The notes under the pieces: generated by a model
The model's database searches: none
What the model saw: only the letters and a program-made list of their open reading frames with translations
What the model was told of the DNA's origin: nothing
Made by a program: the position numbers and the translations under genes
Source: a virus
Taxonomy: Duplodnaviria > Heunggongvirae > Uroviricota > Caudoviricetes > Demerecviridae
DNA length: 64,000 nucleotides
IMG/VR virus record: IMGVR_UViG_2974570554_000001
Direction: 5' to 3' (one strand)
Part shown: positions 25,095 through 35,880 of the stretch, piece after piece
Layout of the letters: each line of letters starts with the position of its first letter
How positions within the stretch are numbered: position 1 is the first letter of the stretch

Positions 25095-27934
25095 GTAACA
25101 TACTAGATTCAGCAAAACAATATCTAAGTAATACAGAAAACCTTAAATTAGCTCATCTAGTTTCTTTGGAGTTACCGGGTGAGGAGGGTGTTTTTGTATA
25201 CTTTACTGACTACTTTAGAAGTATCACTTTCAAGGGTCAGAAATACGAAACTGGTGTGGTTAAACGCATAGGTGATGTAAAACAAACAAAAGATTTCACT
25301 ATCTACAGAGTACCTGTACAGGTTAGTGGAGCAATAGAAGAAGAAATAAATAGAGTCCTTAATTCTAAAAGTTTCTTAAATAGAAAGATAAAAATTCTTA
25401 GGGTATTTCTAGATGATGACGGTGAGGTGATTCCTATCTATTCTAATGGAGATACAATTACATACTTCGAAGGTATTATAGTAACAAGCAAGTTAGATGA
25501 GACTAATACTAACTCCGGCACAGGACGTTCTACTATTACATGGAACTGTGCTAACAAGAACTATGAGCTAGACGCTGTAAATGGTCGTATAACGGATGAT
25601 GAGTCTCATCGTGGCCTTATCAATGTAGGTGGTACCATGCAACCTTCTGGTTCTGCTAAAAAACCAGAATATCAACTAGATCGTGGCTTCTTCCACGCAG
25701 GTAAGTCAGTAAAACTACTTGCTGAATACCAGACAAAGGAAAAACGTTTCAGATTGAAAAAACGTAGAGCAGGCGGATTCAGGGGGTTGATGGGTCAGAA
25801 GCACTACGACATGGAAGAATACTGGGCAGATGTTGTAAGGGAAGTAGATATGGATATAAACCTTACGGCAAAATACTTACCAGTACTTTATGGTGTGCAG
25901 AAAGTATCAGGTATTCCTATCTTCTTTGATACAGATATTGGTAATCCTGAGGAAGTGTGGGCTGTATATGCTTTCTGTGAAGGAGAAATTGATGGTTTTC
26001 TCGATATATTCTTTGGTGACAACCCTATGATCTGTGTATCAGAGAATGATCAGGAGAAGCGCGCTTGTGTTGGTATGAAAAGAAACAATGGTGATACTAT
26101 AGGAGCACTAGCACCTAAAAGTGGAAGAACAGCCCCAAGTAAGCACGGAGAACATTATATATATAATGATGGTGATGGTCCTATAGAGTTCTGGACGTTC
26201 CACGGGTCAAGTACACAGGACGCTGCCAAGATTCTTGTTGATAAAGCAGCTGCAAGTGAATTTAAGCTACAGAGTGATGGTAACTATGGTTCGGAATATT
26301 GGGATGATACCTTCAAGTTATTAGACACAGCATATGTTGTTGTTAAGTATACTCTTAATGAAAACAGAACAAGTATTCCAGAAGTTTCCGCAGAAATACA
26401 GGGTAAGAAAATCCCAGTATACCATGAAGACGGAACCTCTACTAGTGATAAGACTTCACTTAACCTAGCATGGCAGACATTAGACTATCTAAGAAGCACA
26501 ACTTATGGGGCAGGTCTTACTCTGGATGAGATAGATTTACCAGCCGTTCAAGAGTGCGCTAAGATAATGGATGACATTGACAACTCTTATGAGCCTGATT
26601 GGGTTCCTTACTGGAGATACTTGGGCTGGGAAGACTACAAAGTAGAGAATAGACAAATATTACAAGGTTCTGGATTACTATCTACTAGCGACACTGTTGT
26701 GAAGAATATACAGGCTTTAATAGGTCAGTTCGATGCTTCATTGAATATAGTTAGTGGTAAATATACTCTTACCATGGAAGCTAATCGACCTACTATCTAT
26801 GATATAGATGAGGGTGATATCATAAATGGAAGTATTCAAGTAGCAGATAATTCCATGGATCAGAAGTACAACGCGGTACAGGCTAGTATCATAGATCCAG
26901 CTAAGGGTTGGGGTACTAATACAATTACATTCTTTAATAAGAATTATAAACTAGAAGATAACGGTAAAGATAGGAAGGCTAATATATCTTTCCCATTCAT
27001 TACAAACTACTATACAGCTAGAACCCGTGCAGAATACTACTTACGAAGATCTAGATATAATAGAACTGTATCTTTCGAGCTACCTTTTACCTTCATGTGG
27101 TTATACCCAAATGCCAATATAACTCTTACTAAGAAGCGTTATAATTGGGATAAGAAGACCTTCATGATACAGGATATGACATGGATGGCCAATGGTCACA
27201 TAAGAGTAGTAGCCAGAGAGTACGATGAAACAATGTTCCTAAGCTCTGGGCAGGTAGATAATAGTAATAATCAGATACCTGATGTAGTTGTGAATGTACT
27301 GCCACCTAGAGATCTTAAATATGCGCCTAAAGCAGGAGATCCTAAAGTTGGTCTTAATGGTACGCTATCTTGGCTGCCTAGTTTGTCTAAGAGAGTATCG
27401 TACTACACTATTAAGTACACTGGACTTACCGATCTTATCACTATCCCTGCTCCGGGTAACGTAGCTCCGTCACAAAGAATGGAGTTACCACTATATAATT
27501 TAGCAGAAGGTGAGTATACTTTCGAAGTACGTGCTGTCTCCTTCGATGGGGAGACAAGTATGCCTGTAAGTATTACAGAGAAGATAAATCCTAGTGCAAT
27601 ACTTCCTATGATTGAAAATTTCATTATAGTAAATAGGGCAGTAGTATCTGGAAACGTATTTGTAGGTAAAGACTTACAGCTAGCATGGGATGAGTTAATT
27701 GAAGGTAGGTCAGTGGATGGATTCAAGTACCACCTAAGATTTATCTCTGGAGATACTGGAGACACTCTCAGAGATATTACCACAACAAGTACTACTTTCA
27801 CGTACACTCTAGCGATGAATAAGGAAGACTATAAACTCTTACATGGTACTCTAGGTATACACAGAAACATGACTGTGTATATCAGGGGTGAGGGTTCTAA
27901 TAATATAACTTCAATTAATTGGACGGTATTATGA
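25091..27934 (+). CDS. pb3: Baseplate hub protein with C-terminal FNIII domains
   Basis: 947 aa; GRITDDESHRGL and LPVLYGV motifs; synteny. Confidence 0.9.
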   Translation: MSNILDSAKQYLSNTENLKLAHLVSLELPGEEGVFVYFTDYFRSITFKGQKYETGVVKRIGDVKQTKDFTIYRVPVQVSGAIEEEINRVLNSKSFLNRKIKILRVFLDDDGEVIPIYSNGDTITYFEGIIVTSKLDETNTNSGTGRSTITWNCANKNYELDAVNGRITDDESHRGLINVGGTMQPSGSAKKPEYQLDRGFFHAGKSVKLLAEYQTKEKRFRLKKRRAGGFRGLMGQKHYDMEEYWADVVREVDMDINLTAKYLPVLYGVQKVSGIPIFFDTDIGNPEEVWAVYAFCEGEIDGFLDIFFGDNPMICVSENDQEKRACVGMKRNNGDTIGALAPKSGRTAPSKHGEHYIYNDGDGPIEFWTFHGSSTQDAAKILVDKAAASEFKLQSDGNYGSEYWDDTFKLLDTAYVVVKYTLNENRTSIPEVSAEIQGKKIPVYHEDGTSTSDKTSLNLAWQTLDYLRSTTYGAGLTLDEIDLPAVQECAKIMDDIDNSYEPDWVPYWRYLGWEDYKVENRQILQGSGLLSTSDTVVKNIQALIGQFDASLNIVSGKYTLTMEANRPTIYDIDEGDIINGSIQVADNSMDQKYNAVQASIIDPAKGWGTNTITFFNKNYKLEDNGKDRKANISFPFITNYYTARTRAEYYLRRSRYNRTVSFELPFTFMWLYPNANITLTKKRYNWDKKTFMIQDMTWMANGHIRVVAREYDETMFLSSGQVDNSNNQIPDVVVNVLPPRDLKYAPKAGDPKVGLNGTLSWLPSLSKRVSYYTIKYTGLTDLITIPAPGNVAPSQRMELPLYNLAEGEYTFEVRAVSFDGETSMPVSITEKINPSAILPMIENFIIVNRAVVSGNVFVGKDLQLAWDELIEGRSVDGFKYHLRFISGDTGDTLRDITTTSTTFTYTLAMNKEDYKLLHGTLGIHRNMTVYIRGEGSNNITSINWTVL

Positions 27935-30255
27935 TTGAAAACACACTGCCTAGGAAACTAGTCCTAGGCTCTATTGTACCGGGGTATACTAAATTGTATA
28001 TCCCACACTCTATCTTTGAGGACGAGGATATAGTTGGTAAAGTATTCTGGGTAAACAATACTAAGTTCATAGATACCAATACAAGTGTATTCTATACTAT
28101 TATTGATAATCTAACACAGAACACAACATATGATGATATTATAGGATCTTACTATGATGCTATGATAGACTCTGAGTTACTAGATAATAAGATAGGTCTC
28201 AATTTATCTGATGTATCTACTACTAAGACATTATCGTACCCTACTATAGATAATGTTATCGTGGGCGCACAGGAAGTAGATGTTGGTGTAGGAGACCCTA
28301 TAATTACAATGGATATACTTGGTGCGGCCGACTCTATTCGTGTAGATAAAAAACTATCATCAGAAGACGACACTAAATGGGCACCAGCATACAGTGGTAG
28401 TCCTGATGGCGTATCTTTTACTACAGGTAGGGGTACGTATGACTTTAGGGTAGTAGGATTCCTATACTTTCCTGACGGTGTTACTACAGAATTTTCTCCA
28501 TATAATATAGTAAGGAATGTTAAAGTAGAGAATATGTTCCGCCCACCAAGTGCACCTAATAATGTCTCATTTAAGGTAGCAAAAATAATGGATGGGATGG
28601 AAAGGTATGATCTACAAGTGGCTTGGGACTGGAATAAAGGTACTGGCAGTTCTGTCAGAGAATTTGTTCTTTACTTTGTAGAGACTAGCGAGTATAATAA
28701 AACCAGATGGGAAAAAGCCAGCAAGGTTAATAGTGGTGCTGCCCAAGCCTCGGTTATTACAAGTTTCCCATTTAATAAAGAATATAAATTTAAGGTAGCG
28801 TCAGTAGCATGGGGTCCAGATGACCAAGCTATAGTAGACTCATCTATTGCTACCTTTAAGATTGATAAGAATACTCCGATAGATTCTTCCTTCACTAATA
28901 ATACTGGTATAGAAGTAACATATGACCACATAAAAGCTTATAGAAATATAAGTGGGTCTAAGGAACAAACATTTCTACTAGATGCAAGCACAGGTGCTCT
29001 GGCCATAGGTAAACTTGATAGTAACGGTAAAGCACCAGTATCAGTAGACCCTAATAGTGGTAATGTAAACGTCGATGGTGCAGTGATATCTAAGACAATG
29101 TACTCTGCTTCGTTCGTGCTATCTAATCTAACAGGTAAAGATAATCCTAGCATTAGGACTGCATCTAAAACTGGTTTTGGCCAGTCTGCTCAAGGTATGT
29201 GGATGGGTTACGCGAACAACGATTCTAAGTTCAAGTTCGATCTAGGTGACTCTACCAGCTTCATAAGATGGGATGGGGATAAGTTAGTTATTTCTGGTAA
29301 GGTTCAGATTGGCACACCAGGTGGTAATGTTGATATTGATAAAGGTATACAAGGTAACTTCGTAGCTAATATCTACAAAGCGTCACAATCAAGACCTAGT
29401 AAGCCCTCTGGTAATAATTTCCCTCCTGCAGGATGGAGTGAAGTACCTATTACAAGTTCTAGTGGGTTGGTTTGGATTTCTACTGCTGTAATTGATTCAA
29501 AAACTAATAAGGTGGCAGCCAACAGTGCTTGGTCTACTCCTATACAGTTTACAGCAGCTGCAGGTAAGGACGGCGTAGCTTCCGTACTTATATATAAACA
29601 ATCTGCATCAAAACCTAGCACACCAACTAACAAAGCAATCCCACCATCAGGATGGTCATTACAAATTCCATCTAGAATAACTGGACAATCTATTTGGGTG
29701 TGTAGCGCTATTAGAACAGGTACAGAGCCTAATATAACTGGTAGTTGGTCAGCACCAAGCAAGTTAAGTGGTGACGACGGTAAGCCAGGAGCTAATGGTA
29801 AGCCCGGGGCCGATGGTAAGCCTGGAGCTAACGGTAAGCCAGGAGCTAATGGTAAGCCAGGAGCTAATGGTGTAAGAGGTCCTGGTTTCTATGCCCAAGC
29901 AATCTCTGGATTCTCTAGATTCAATAACACTTCAGCAGCTACGTTCTTTAAGAACACATTTAACAGCAACCCTGTTAAGTATGACGTATTGACACAATTC
30001 AATTCTAGTAATCCAGCCATAGCAGAAACTAAGCAGTGGAATGGTTCTAGTTGGGTTAGTGCAGCTCTGCTTGTTCATGGTAATATGCTTGTCAATGGGT
30101 CTATTACTACAGAGAAGATAGTAGCTGACAATGCTTTCTTACAGAAAATTGGCGTTAACAAAATCTACGATAATAGTGCTGCCCAATCATCTAATCCAGA
30201 AGCAACATATAAAATGAAGATAGACCTCTCTGCAGGCTCTATACATATAAGATAA
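27931..30255 (+). CDS. pb4: Central straight fibre / spike protein with collagen-like insert
   Basis: ATGA overlap with pb3; FNIII-like N-half; Gly-X-Y run; KIDLSAGSIHIR C-terminus. Confidence 0.85.
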   Translation: MIENTLPRKLVLGSIVPGYTKLYIPHSIFEDEDIVGKVFWVNNTKFIDTNTSVFYTIIDNLTQNTTYDDIIGSYYDAMIDSELLDNKIGLNLSDVSTTKTLSYPTIDNVIVGAQEVDVGVGDPIITMDILGAADSIRVDKKLSSEDDTKWAPAYSGSPDGVSFTTGRGTYDFRVVGFLYFPDGVTTEFSPYNIVRNVKVENMFRPPSAPNNVSFKVAKIMDGMERYDLQVAWDWNKGTGSSVREFVLYFVETSEYNKTRWEKASKVNSGAAQASVITSFPFNKEYKFKVASVAWGPDDQAIVDSSIATFKIDKNTPIDSSFTNNTGIEVTYDHIKAYRNISGSKEQTFLLDASTGALAIGKLDSNGKAPVSVDPNSGNVNVDGAVISKTMYSASFVLSNLTGKDNPSIRTASKTGFGQSAQGMWMGYANNDSKFKFDLGDSTSFIRWDGDKLVISGKVQIGTPGGNVDIDKGIQGNFVANIYKASQSRPSKPSGNNFPPAGWSEVPITSSSGLVWISTAVIDSKTNKVAANSAWSTPIQFTAAAGKDGVASVLIYKQSASKPSTPTNKAIPPSGWSLQIPSRITGQSIWVCSAIRTGTEPNITGSWSAPSKLSGDDGKPGANGKPGADGKPGANGKPGANGKPGANGVRGPGFYAQAISGFSRFNNTSAATFFKNTFNSNPVKYDVLTQFNSSNPAIAETKQWNGSSWVSAALLVHGNMLVNGSITTEKIVADNAFLQKIGVNKIYDNSAAQSSNPEATYKMKIDLSAGSIHIR
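29779..29868 (+). repeat. Five 18-bp tandem repeats encoding GKPGA(N/D)
   Basis: GGTAAGCCNGGRGCYRAY x5. Confidence 0.9.
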
Positions 30256-30257
30256 TT

Positions 30258-31040
30258 ATGAGTAAAATAGTCAATTTAAAGATAGAAGAGGGAGCTACTT
30301 TTTCTCACGTATTGAAATTTACTACTGATAAAGTAACGGGTCAACAACTAGACCCGCTTACTAATAAGTTAGTTCCTATTAAACAAAAAGGCCCTATAGA
30401 CTTAACTGGTTATACTATTGTAGCTCAGCTAAGAACAGCGTTCTCAGATAAATCAGACCTAATAGTAAATTTCGAAGCAACTATAGCTTCTGGTAAGGCA
30501 GGATTAGCATACATAGGGCTAACTAAAGAACAGACTGCAGGTCTAGGTAAATTCGCCAATAAGAAAATAATTGGACTAGGTTCGGAAAGGGTATATGAAC
30601 TTGGGTTCTACGATGTGCTATTAATAAGTCCCAAAGGTTCGGCTACCCGAGTATATCAAGGCAAGTGTTATTTAAGCAGAGCGGCTACGCTAGATCCACT
30701 TATTGAAACAGGTCTTGGAAGTACCGTATCTAAGTCACCACTAACAACTATAGGTACTACTGCTACATTAGTGGTTGATAATACAAAACCACACTACTTT
30801 GCTGGTATTAGATACTTCAGAGGTGGTATACAAGTTACTCCTACTGATGGTACTGTACAGATATTTAAGAAACCAGATACAGCCAGTGCTTTCCAAAAAT
30901 CTCCAGTAGGTACTATATCAGCAGCGGTCCCTACAGCGGAAGTTACTTGGTATGGTAACTCTAAAGAAGTGAAAGCAGTACCTAATAATGTACTTGGAGC
31001 TGATTTCTACCAATTAGTAGTTGTAAGCAATATATCGTAA
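30258..31040 (+). CDS. Collar / side-fibre attachment protein (T5 p132-like, extended to 260 aa)
   Basis: BppU-like IEEGATF..DLTGYT..AQLR..FYDVLL..TRVYQG N-domain plus an extra C-domain. Confidence 0.75.
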   Translation: MSKIVNLKIEEGATFSHVLKFTTDKVTGQQLDPLTNKLVPIKQKGPIDLTGYTIVAQLRTAFSDKSDLIVNFEATIASGKAGLAYIGLTKEQTAGLGKFANKKIIGLGSERVYELGFYDVLLISPKGSATRVYQGKCYLSRAATLDPLIETGLGSTVSKSPLTTIGTTATLVVDNTKPHYFAGIRYFRGGIQVTPTDGTVQIFKKPDTASAFQKSPVGTISAAVPTAEVTWYGNSKEVKAVPNNVLGADFYQLVVVSNIS

Positions 31041-31049
31041 GGAGCAACA

Positions 31050-33734
31050 ATGGCAGATAATATTGAAATTGAACAAAGAGTATTAGACGGGGACTTAATT
31101 GGTCCTGTCAATGCTGAAATAGATACTGAAGATTTCACTGGTCGAGTAGCCCTAGAGAACAGCCTACTTGATGGTACAGGCTCTGAAATCTCAATAGAGC
31201 TATCTGAAAGTCTTGGCGTTGTTGGTATCGACGACTTAGTAGAGGTTAAGAGTGAGATAGATAAGTCTGTACTCAAGGCTGAGTCAACTGTAGCAGAAGC
31301 TCAGAGACAGATTGATAAAGCTAATGATACAATTGCTGCGCTTAACTCTATCAGTTCTCAAATAACCAATTTAGTAGGTGAGGCTAAACAAGCAGCATCT
31401 ACTGCTACTAATGAAGCTGCTGATGCAGAGAGAAGTGAAAATGCAGCGGCTGGTAGTGCAAAAGCTGCGTCTGACTCTCAAAAAGCAGCAGCAGGTAGTG
31501 CTAAGGCTGCATCCGATTCACAAAAAGCAGCCGCTACAAGTCAAGCGCAAGCACTGGCATCACAAAAAGCAGCTAAGACTTCAGAAACTAATGCGAGCGG
31601 TTCCGAAGCTAGAACTGCCCAGAGTGAGAAAAATGCAGCTGCCTCAGCAAAGGAAGCTGATACAGATCAAAAAGCAGCAAAAGCAGCGCAAAAAGCAGCA
31701 GAAGCTGCAAGAGATGCAGCTAAATCTAGCGAGAATAAGTCTAATACATACGCAGGTAATGCTTATAGTTCTAAAACAGATGCAGAAACCGCTCTAGCGG
31801 CAGCGAAGAAATCAGAAGCAGCTGCTGCACAATCAGCTAAAGAAGCGGAAACGTCAGCATCCTCTATGACTCAATCTGTAGCAGATGCTCGTGCCGCCCG
31901 AGATGCAGCACAGAACGCTAGAGATCGCTCTGAGTCAGCTAGAGATATTTCAGTTAGTAAAGCCAGCTTAGCTACTACAAAAGCCTCAGAAGCTTCTTCT
32001 AGCGCATCGAGTGCTTCTTCTAGTGCAACAGCAGCTAAAACTAGTGAAACAAATGCGCTAAACAGCCAACGTGCAGCTAAGACTTCTGAGACAAATTCAA
32101 AAACCTCAGAGACTAATTCAAAAGCTTCTGAAAGAAGTGCTTTGGCCTCGAAAGATTCCGCAGCTAAAAGTGCAGCAGCAGCCAGTACTAGTGCAGCAGC
32201 TGCTAAGAAATCTCAAGATGCCGCTAAAGCCTCACGCGACGAGGCAGAACATTTTGCAGAAGAGCTACGCAAAGGCAGTGTATATAGAGGTATTTGGAAT
32301 CCAAACTCTAATAAGTACCCAGATGTTCCACCAACTAACTCTCGTTGGGACGTGCAGCTTAACAATGGGCAACTAGAGAAAATATTTGATGGTAAAGAAT
32401 GGAACTGGGGTGACAGACTAATATACGTATTAGAAACCAAATCCTTCGATATAATCGACTCTGGTACAGGTGTTACTAGCATTAATGGCGAAACCGGATC
32501 AGTTACTATCAATAGAGATACTCTAGGTGCTCTAGGTAAAACTGAAAAGGCAGCAGATAGTGCAAAACTAGAGGGTAGCACTAAAGCTCAAATTATTGCT
32601 AAGGCTCGTGAAGGAGTGGCTTCAGCCGGTACTAGCTATAATAAAGCTGAGTCTGATAGCAAATACCTACCTAAAACAGGTAAGGCAGCAGATTCTGAAA
32701 AAGTTGGCGGAGTTGATATTACCAGAATAGTATATGGTACTAATCGTTTTGCAACAATGCAACAAACTAATTTCAATAATAATAGAAAATCTGGTTTTAT
32801 TGAGATGAGTAATACTATTTCAGCTAGTAAACCCGGTAGAGCATCTTCTTGGGTATGGGGGTGGCAGACAGCTCATACTGGCAATGATACGTCTAATAAG
32901 TATGGTGCACAGTTAGTTATAAACCAGGATAGCCAATTATACTATCGCGTTCAGAATAGTGGTGGCGTAGGCACTTGGGCTACTGTATACTCTACAGCTA
33001 ACAAACCTACGGCTGCTGATGTAGGTGCTGTTCCTAAAACTGGCGGTACATTTACATCTAATGTAACTGTTTCAGCAGGTGGAGCAAATAGAAACGCCCT
33101 TGAATTGAATACTGGTAATACTAATGGTGGTGGTATTCATCTTAAGATGACAGACCAGGCTGGTAGCTATACTCAATATGGTACTATAGGGTACTATCAC
33201 CAAGACGATAATTCTTACGGAGGACAGGCTGCCTTTGTAGTAGGTACTTCTTCAGACACCGAGAAGACCAACTTTGTACTAACCGGTACTGGTAACTTCA
33301 AAGTTGGTAACAACGAAGTATACCATGAAGGTAACAAACCAACACTAGAGGATGTTACTAGTATAGCATCTGTTAATAAGAGCCTGAAACTAACAGCCAA
33401 TACTTGGACTACTCTTCTAACTAGGCCGGATGGCTTATATGAGAGTGGTGTTTATCAAATACTAGTATCCTATAACTCCTCTGACAAGGGTGGTGGTGCA
33501 TATAGCCAGAATTATACTGGTCAGTTCTATTGGTATGCTGAAACTACAAACTCTAGCAATGTTTGCGAAATACCTTTACACCATATGGGGCATGCAGATA
33601 ATGACGAATATATTTACCTTAGAACTAGGGCTAGAGGCCGTTCAAGCAGTGAAACTCAGTCAGTAGATATTAAATGTAATAAAACTTTTACTAGTTCGGC
33701 TTTATTCACTGTGAAACTAATTAAACTAATGTAA
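31050..33734 (+). CDS. Lateral (L-shaped) tail fibre, proximal part
   Basis: Long Ala/Ser/Lys coiled-coil repeats (AAGSAKAASDSQKA x2) then VY..NKPT..DVGA fibre modules. Confidence 0.85.
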   Translation: MADNIEIEQRVLDGDLIGPVNAEIDTEDFTGRVALENSLLDGTGSEISIELSESLGVVGIDDLVEVKSEIDKSVLKAESTVAEAQRQIDKANDTIAALNSISSQITNLVGEAKQAASTATNEAADAERSENAAAGSAKAASDSQKAAAGSAKAASDSQKAAATSQAQALASQKAAKTSETNASGSEARTAQSEKNAAASAKEADTDQKAAKAAQKAAEAARDAAKSSENKSNTYAGNAYSSKTDAETALAAAKKSEAAAAQSAKEAETSASSMTQSVADARAARDAAQNARDRSESARDISVSKASLATTKASEASSSASSASSSATAAKTSETNALNSQRAAKTSETNSKTSETNSKASERSALASKDSAAKSAAAASTSAAAAKKSQDAAKASRDEAEHFAEELRKGSVYRGIWNPNSNKYPDVPPTNSRWDVQLNNGQLEKIFDGKEWNWGDRLIYVLETKSFDIIDSGTGVTSINGETGSVTINRDTLGALGKTEKAADSAKLEGSTKAQIIAKAREGVASAGTSYNKAESDSKYLPKTGKAADSEKVGGVDITRIVYGTNRFATMQQTNFNNNRKSGFIEMSNTISASKPGRASSWVWGWQTAHTGNDTSNKYGAQLVINQDSQLYYRVQNSGGVGTWATVYSTANKPTAADVGAVPKTGGTFTSNVTVSAGGANRNALELNTGNTNGGGIHLKMTDQAGSYTQYGTIGYYHQDDNSYGGQAAFVVGTSSDTEKTNFVLTGTGNFKVGNNEVYHEGNKPTLEDVTSIASVNKSLKLTANTWTTLLTRPDGLYESGVYQILVSYNSSDKGGGAYSQNYTGQFYWYAETTNSSNVCEIPLHHMGHADNDEYIYLRTRARGRSSSETQSVDIKCNKTFTSSALFTVKLIKLM

Positions 33735-33743
33735 GGAGTTATA

Positions 33744-35297
33744 ATGCGCGTAGATAATTTACAGGCAGAAACAACAATAACTGAAAACGGGGCGAGAGTA
33801 TACTCGCCTAATAATAAGCCAAGTGCCTCTGATATAGGGGCACTACCTTCTAATAGTAAGGCCGCAGACGCTATTAAATCTGACACAGTATCGGGTACAA
33901 ATCTAGGTAAAACAGATACACCATACATTACTATCCCTAATGTGGCATGGTACGCCAATGCTCCAGTAGGTAGGGCCCAAATGATTAAGTCAGACAGCTA
34001 CGGGCTACCAATTGCTGCCAATGGGTATATATTTAAGATTGGTGCTCGTGATGTATCCGGAGGTAGTAGCTGGATATTTAGTACCGATTACGCGGGTGTT
34101 GGTACTAGGGTATTCTTCGGCACATGTGAAACGTCTAGTCATGATCCAAAATGGCACGAAGTCTATAGTCCTAATCATAAACCAACAGCAGCAGATGTAG
34201 GTGCTCATCCAACATCCTGGAAACCAACTTGGAATGATGTACAAAGTAAGCCTGCTCAAGCAACTAGATGGCCTAGTTGGAATGAAGTCACTGGTAAGCC
34301 TAGTACAATAACACCAAGTTCACATACTCACCCATGGTCACAGATTACAGGAGAGCCAGTATATACACAGCGTTGGCCTAATTGGAACGAGGTATCAGGT
34401 AAGCCAGGAAACCTACTAACACAAACTACTGCTGATACACGTTACCTTGGTAAGACCGCTAAAGCTTCTAGCGCTACTAGTGCAGATAGCGCATATAGAG
34501 CTACTATCCTACAGTCACAACATAGGTATCCAGCCACAGAAAGTAATTCCAATGATATAAAGCCTGGGGATTATAGGGTTCAGTACAACACATATGATAA
34601 AGGATTTAAATATACTCCTGCAGGGGTCCACAATGCAAATGGTATTATTACTCTAAGTACCCATCCAGGGGGTTATAGAGCTCAACTACTATTCTGTAGT
34701 GATGGTAAACTGTACCATAGGTCTACTGCAGATAATACTACATTTAATACTGGTTTCGCAGAAGTTTATACCTCGCTTAATAAGCCCACCCCTGGAACTT
34801 TAGGTGTGTACTCTAAGACTGAGGGTGATGGTCGTTACATGTATAAAAACGGTAACAACTTCAATGGCGACTTAGTATCTACATCTAGAAATAAGGGTCT
34901 ATTTGGTGTTTATGATTCTAAGAGAACAGATCAAATTTGGTCTATGGGTACGGCATATAGAAATAACTCAGCAGGTACTAACTTTGGTAATCTATACGGG
35001 TTAGCTTACAAGCATACCAACAACCCTACGGGTGGGACTATGGCAGCAGGCCACCAAGCTGTATGGTGTGAGAATGGTGTACCTAAGGCTGCGATGGGTA
35101 GTTCAGGTCTATGGGCTTCTGGGGCAGTATATATTGGCTCTAGTAGACATACTGCATGGCATAACGGTAACAAACCAAGTCCTGCTACTATAGGGGCAGA
35201 GCCTACACTAGCTGGAGATAGAAAGCGTAAGATTACTTATGGTACTGGTAACCCTAGTGGTGGTTCTAGTGGTGATATTTATATTCAATATAAATAA
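33744..35297 (+). CDS. Second tail fibre protein (distal part)
   Basis: Repeated VYSPN(H/N)KP modules, RWPxWNEVxGKP repeats, SHTHPW metal-site motif. Confidence 0.8.
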   Translation: MRVDNLQAETTITENGARVYSPNNKPSASDIGALPSNSKAADAIKSDTVSGTNLGKTDTPYITIPNVAWYANAPVGRAQMIKSDSYGLPIAANGYIFKIGARDVSGGSSWIFSTDYAGVGTRVFFGTCETSSHDPKWHEVYSPNHKPTAADVGAHPTSWKPTWNDVQSKPAQATRWPSWNEVTGKPSTITPSSHTHPWSQITGEPVYTQRWPNWNEVSGKPGNLLTQTTADTRYLGKTAKASSATSADSAYRATILQSQHRYPATESNSNDIKPGDYRVQYNTYDKGFKYTPAGVHNANGIITLSTHPGGYRAQLLFCSDGKLYHRSTADNTTFNTGFAEVYTSLNKPTPGTLGVYSKTEGDGRYMYKNGNNFNGDLVSTSRNKGLFGVYDSKRTDQIWSMGTAYRNNSAGTNFGNLYGLAYKHTNNPTGGTMAAGHQAVWCENGVPKAAMGSSGLWASGAVYIGSSRHTAWHNGNKPSPATIGAEPTLAGDRKRKITYGTGNPSGGSSGDIYIQYK

Positions 35298-35306
35298 GGA
35301 GAATTT

Positions 35307-35843
35307 ATGAAAGTAAATATAAGCGGCTCATGGAAAAACGGGATTCCGTGGGTAAATATTGGGGGTACGTGGCGAAAAGGAGTCGCCACGTGGGTCAACA
35401 TCGGCGGTACATGGAAGAAGATGGCATATGCTTTCACGCATATAGTAATTACTCAGAAGATTATAGAGAAACGCTTTGGTAGTAACTATTCTTGGGAATC
35501 TGAAAAAGATACGGTTTTTACCAAAGATCCATCGGATTATCCACTATCACAGTTTAAAGCCTATACTAGTAAGAATAAGTATACTAGTACCCCTTCTGCG
35601 GCGTGGTTTATGCTGACTTTTTCTGATAAAACTGAGGGTGATAAGATGCATAACCTATTTAAGGCTAATAAGGTTAAGCTATCAGTTAAGGCTGGTTTTG
35701 ATCAAACATACACCACATCTAATACTGATACCATAAAAGGGTCTGATCTTATACAGTTCCAGCCTAAAGATAAGTTGTCAGCGTATAATCTTATTAAGAG
35801 TGCTAAGAATAGGACACTGACATTTACCATAGATTACATATAA
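35307..35843 (+). CDS. Fibre tip / adhesin-like protein (178 aa)
   Basis: N-terminal VNIxGxW(K/R) x3; last gene of the tail operon. Confidence 0.6.
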   Translation: MKVNISGSWKNGIPWVNIGGTWRKGVATWVNIGGTWKKMAYAFTHIVITQKIIEKRFGSNYSWESEKDTVFTKDPSDYPLSQFKAYTSKNKYTSTPSAAWFMLTFSDKTEGDKMHNLFKANKVKLSVKAGFDQTYTTSNTDTIKGSDLIQFQPKDKLSAYNLIKSAKNRTLTFTIDYI

Positions 35844-35847
35844 AAGA

Positions 35848-35873
35848 AAAGGGAAGCCGATTGGCTTCCCTTT
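35848..35873. terminator. Bidirectional terminator between the late and early modules
   Basis: AAAGGGAAGCC-GATT-GGCTTCCCTTT between convergent genes. Confidence 0.85.
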
Positions 35874-35880
35874 ATTATTA

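Noticed and set aside
31378-32376. Long alternative-frame ORFs within the Ala-rich fibre repeat
   Set aside because: These are the expected by-product of repetitive GCN/AAR codons lacking stops in another frame
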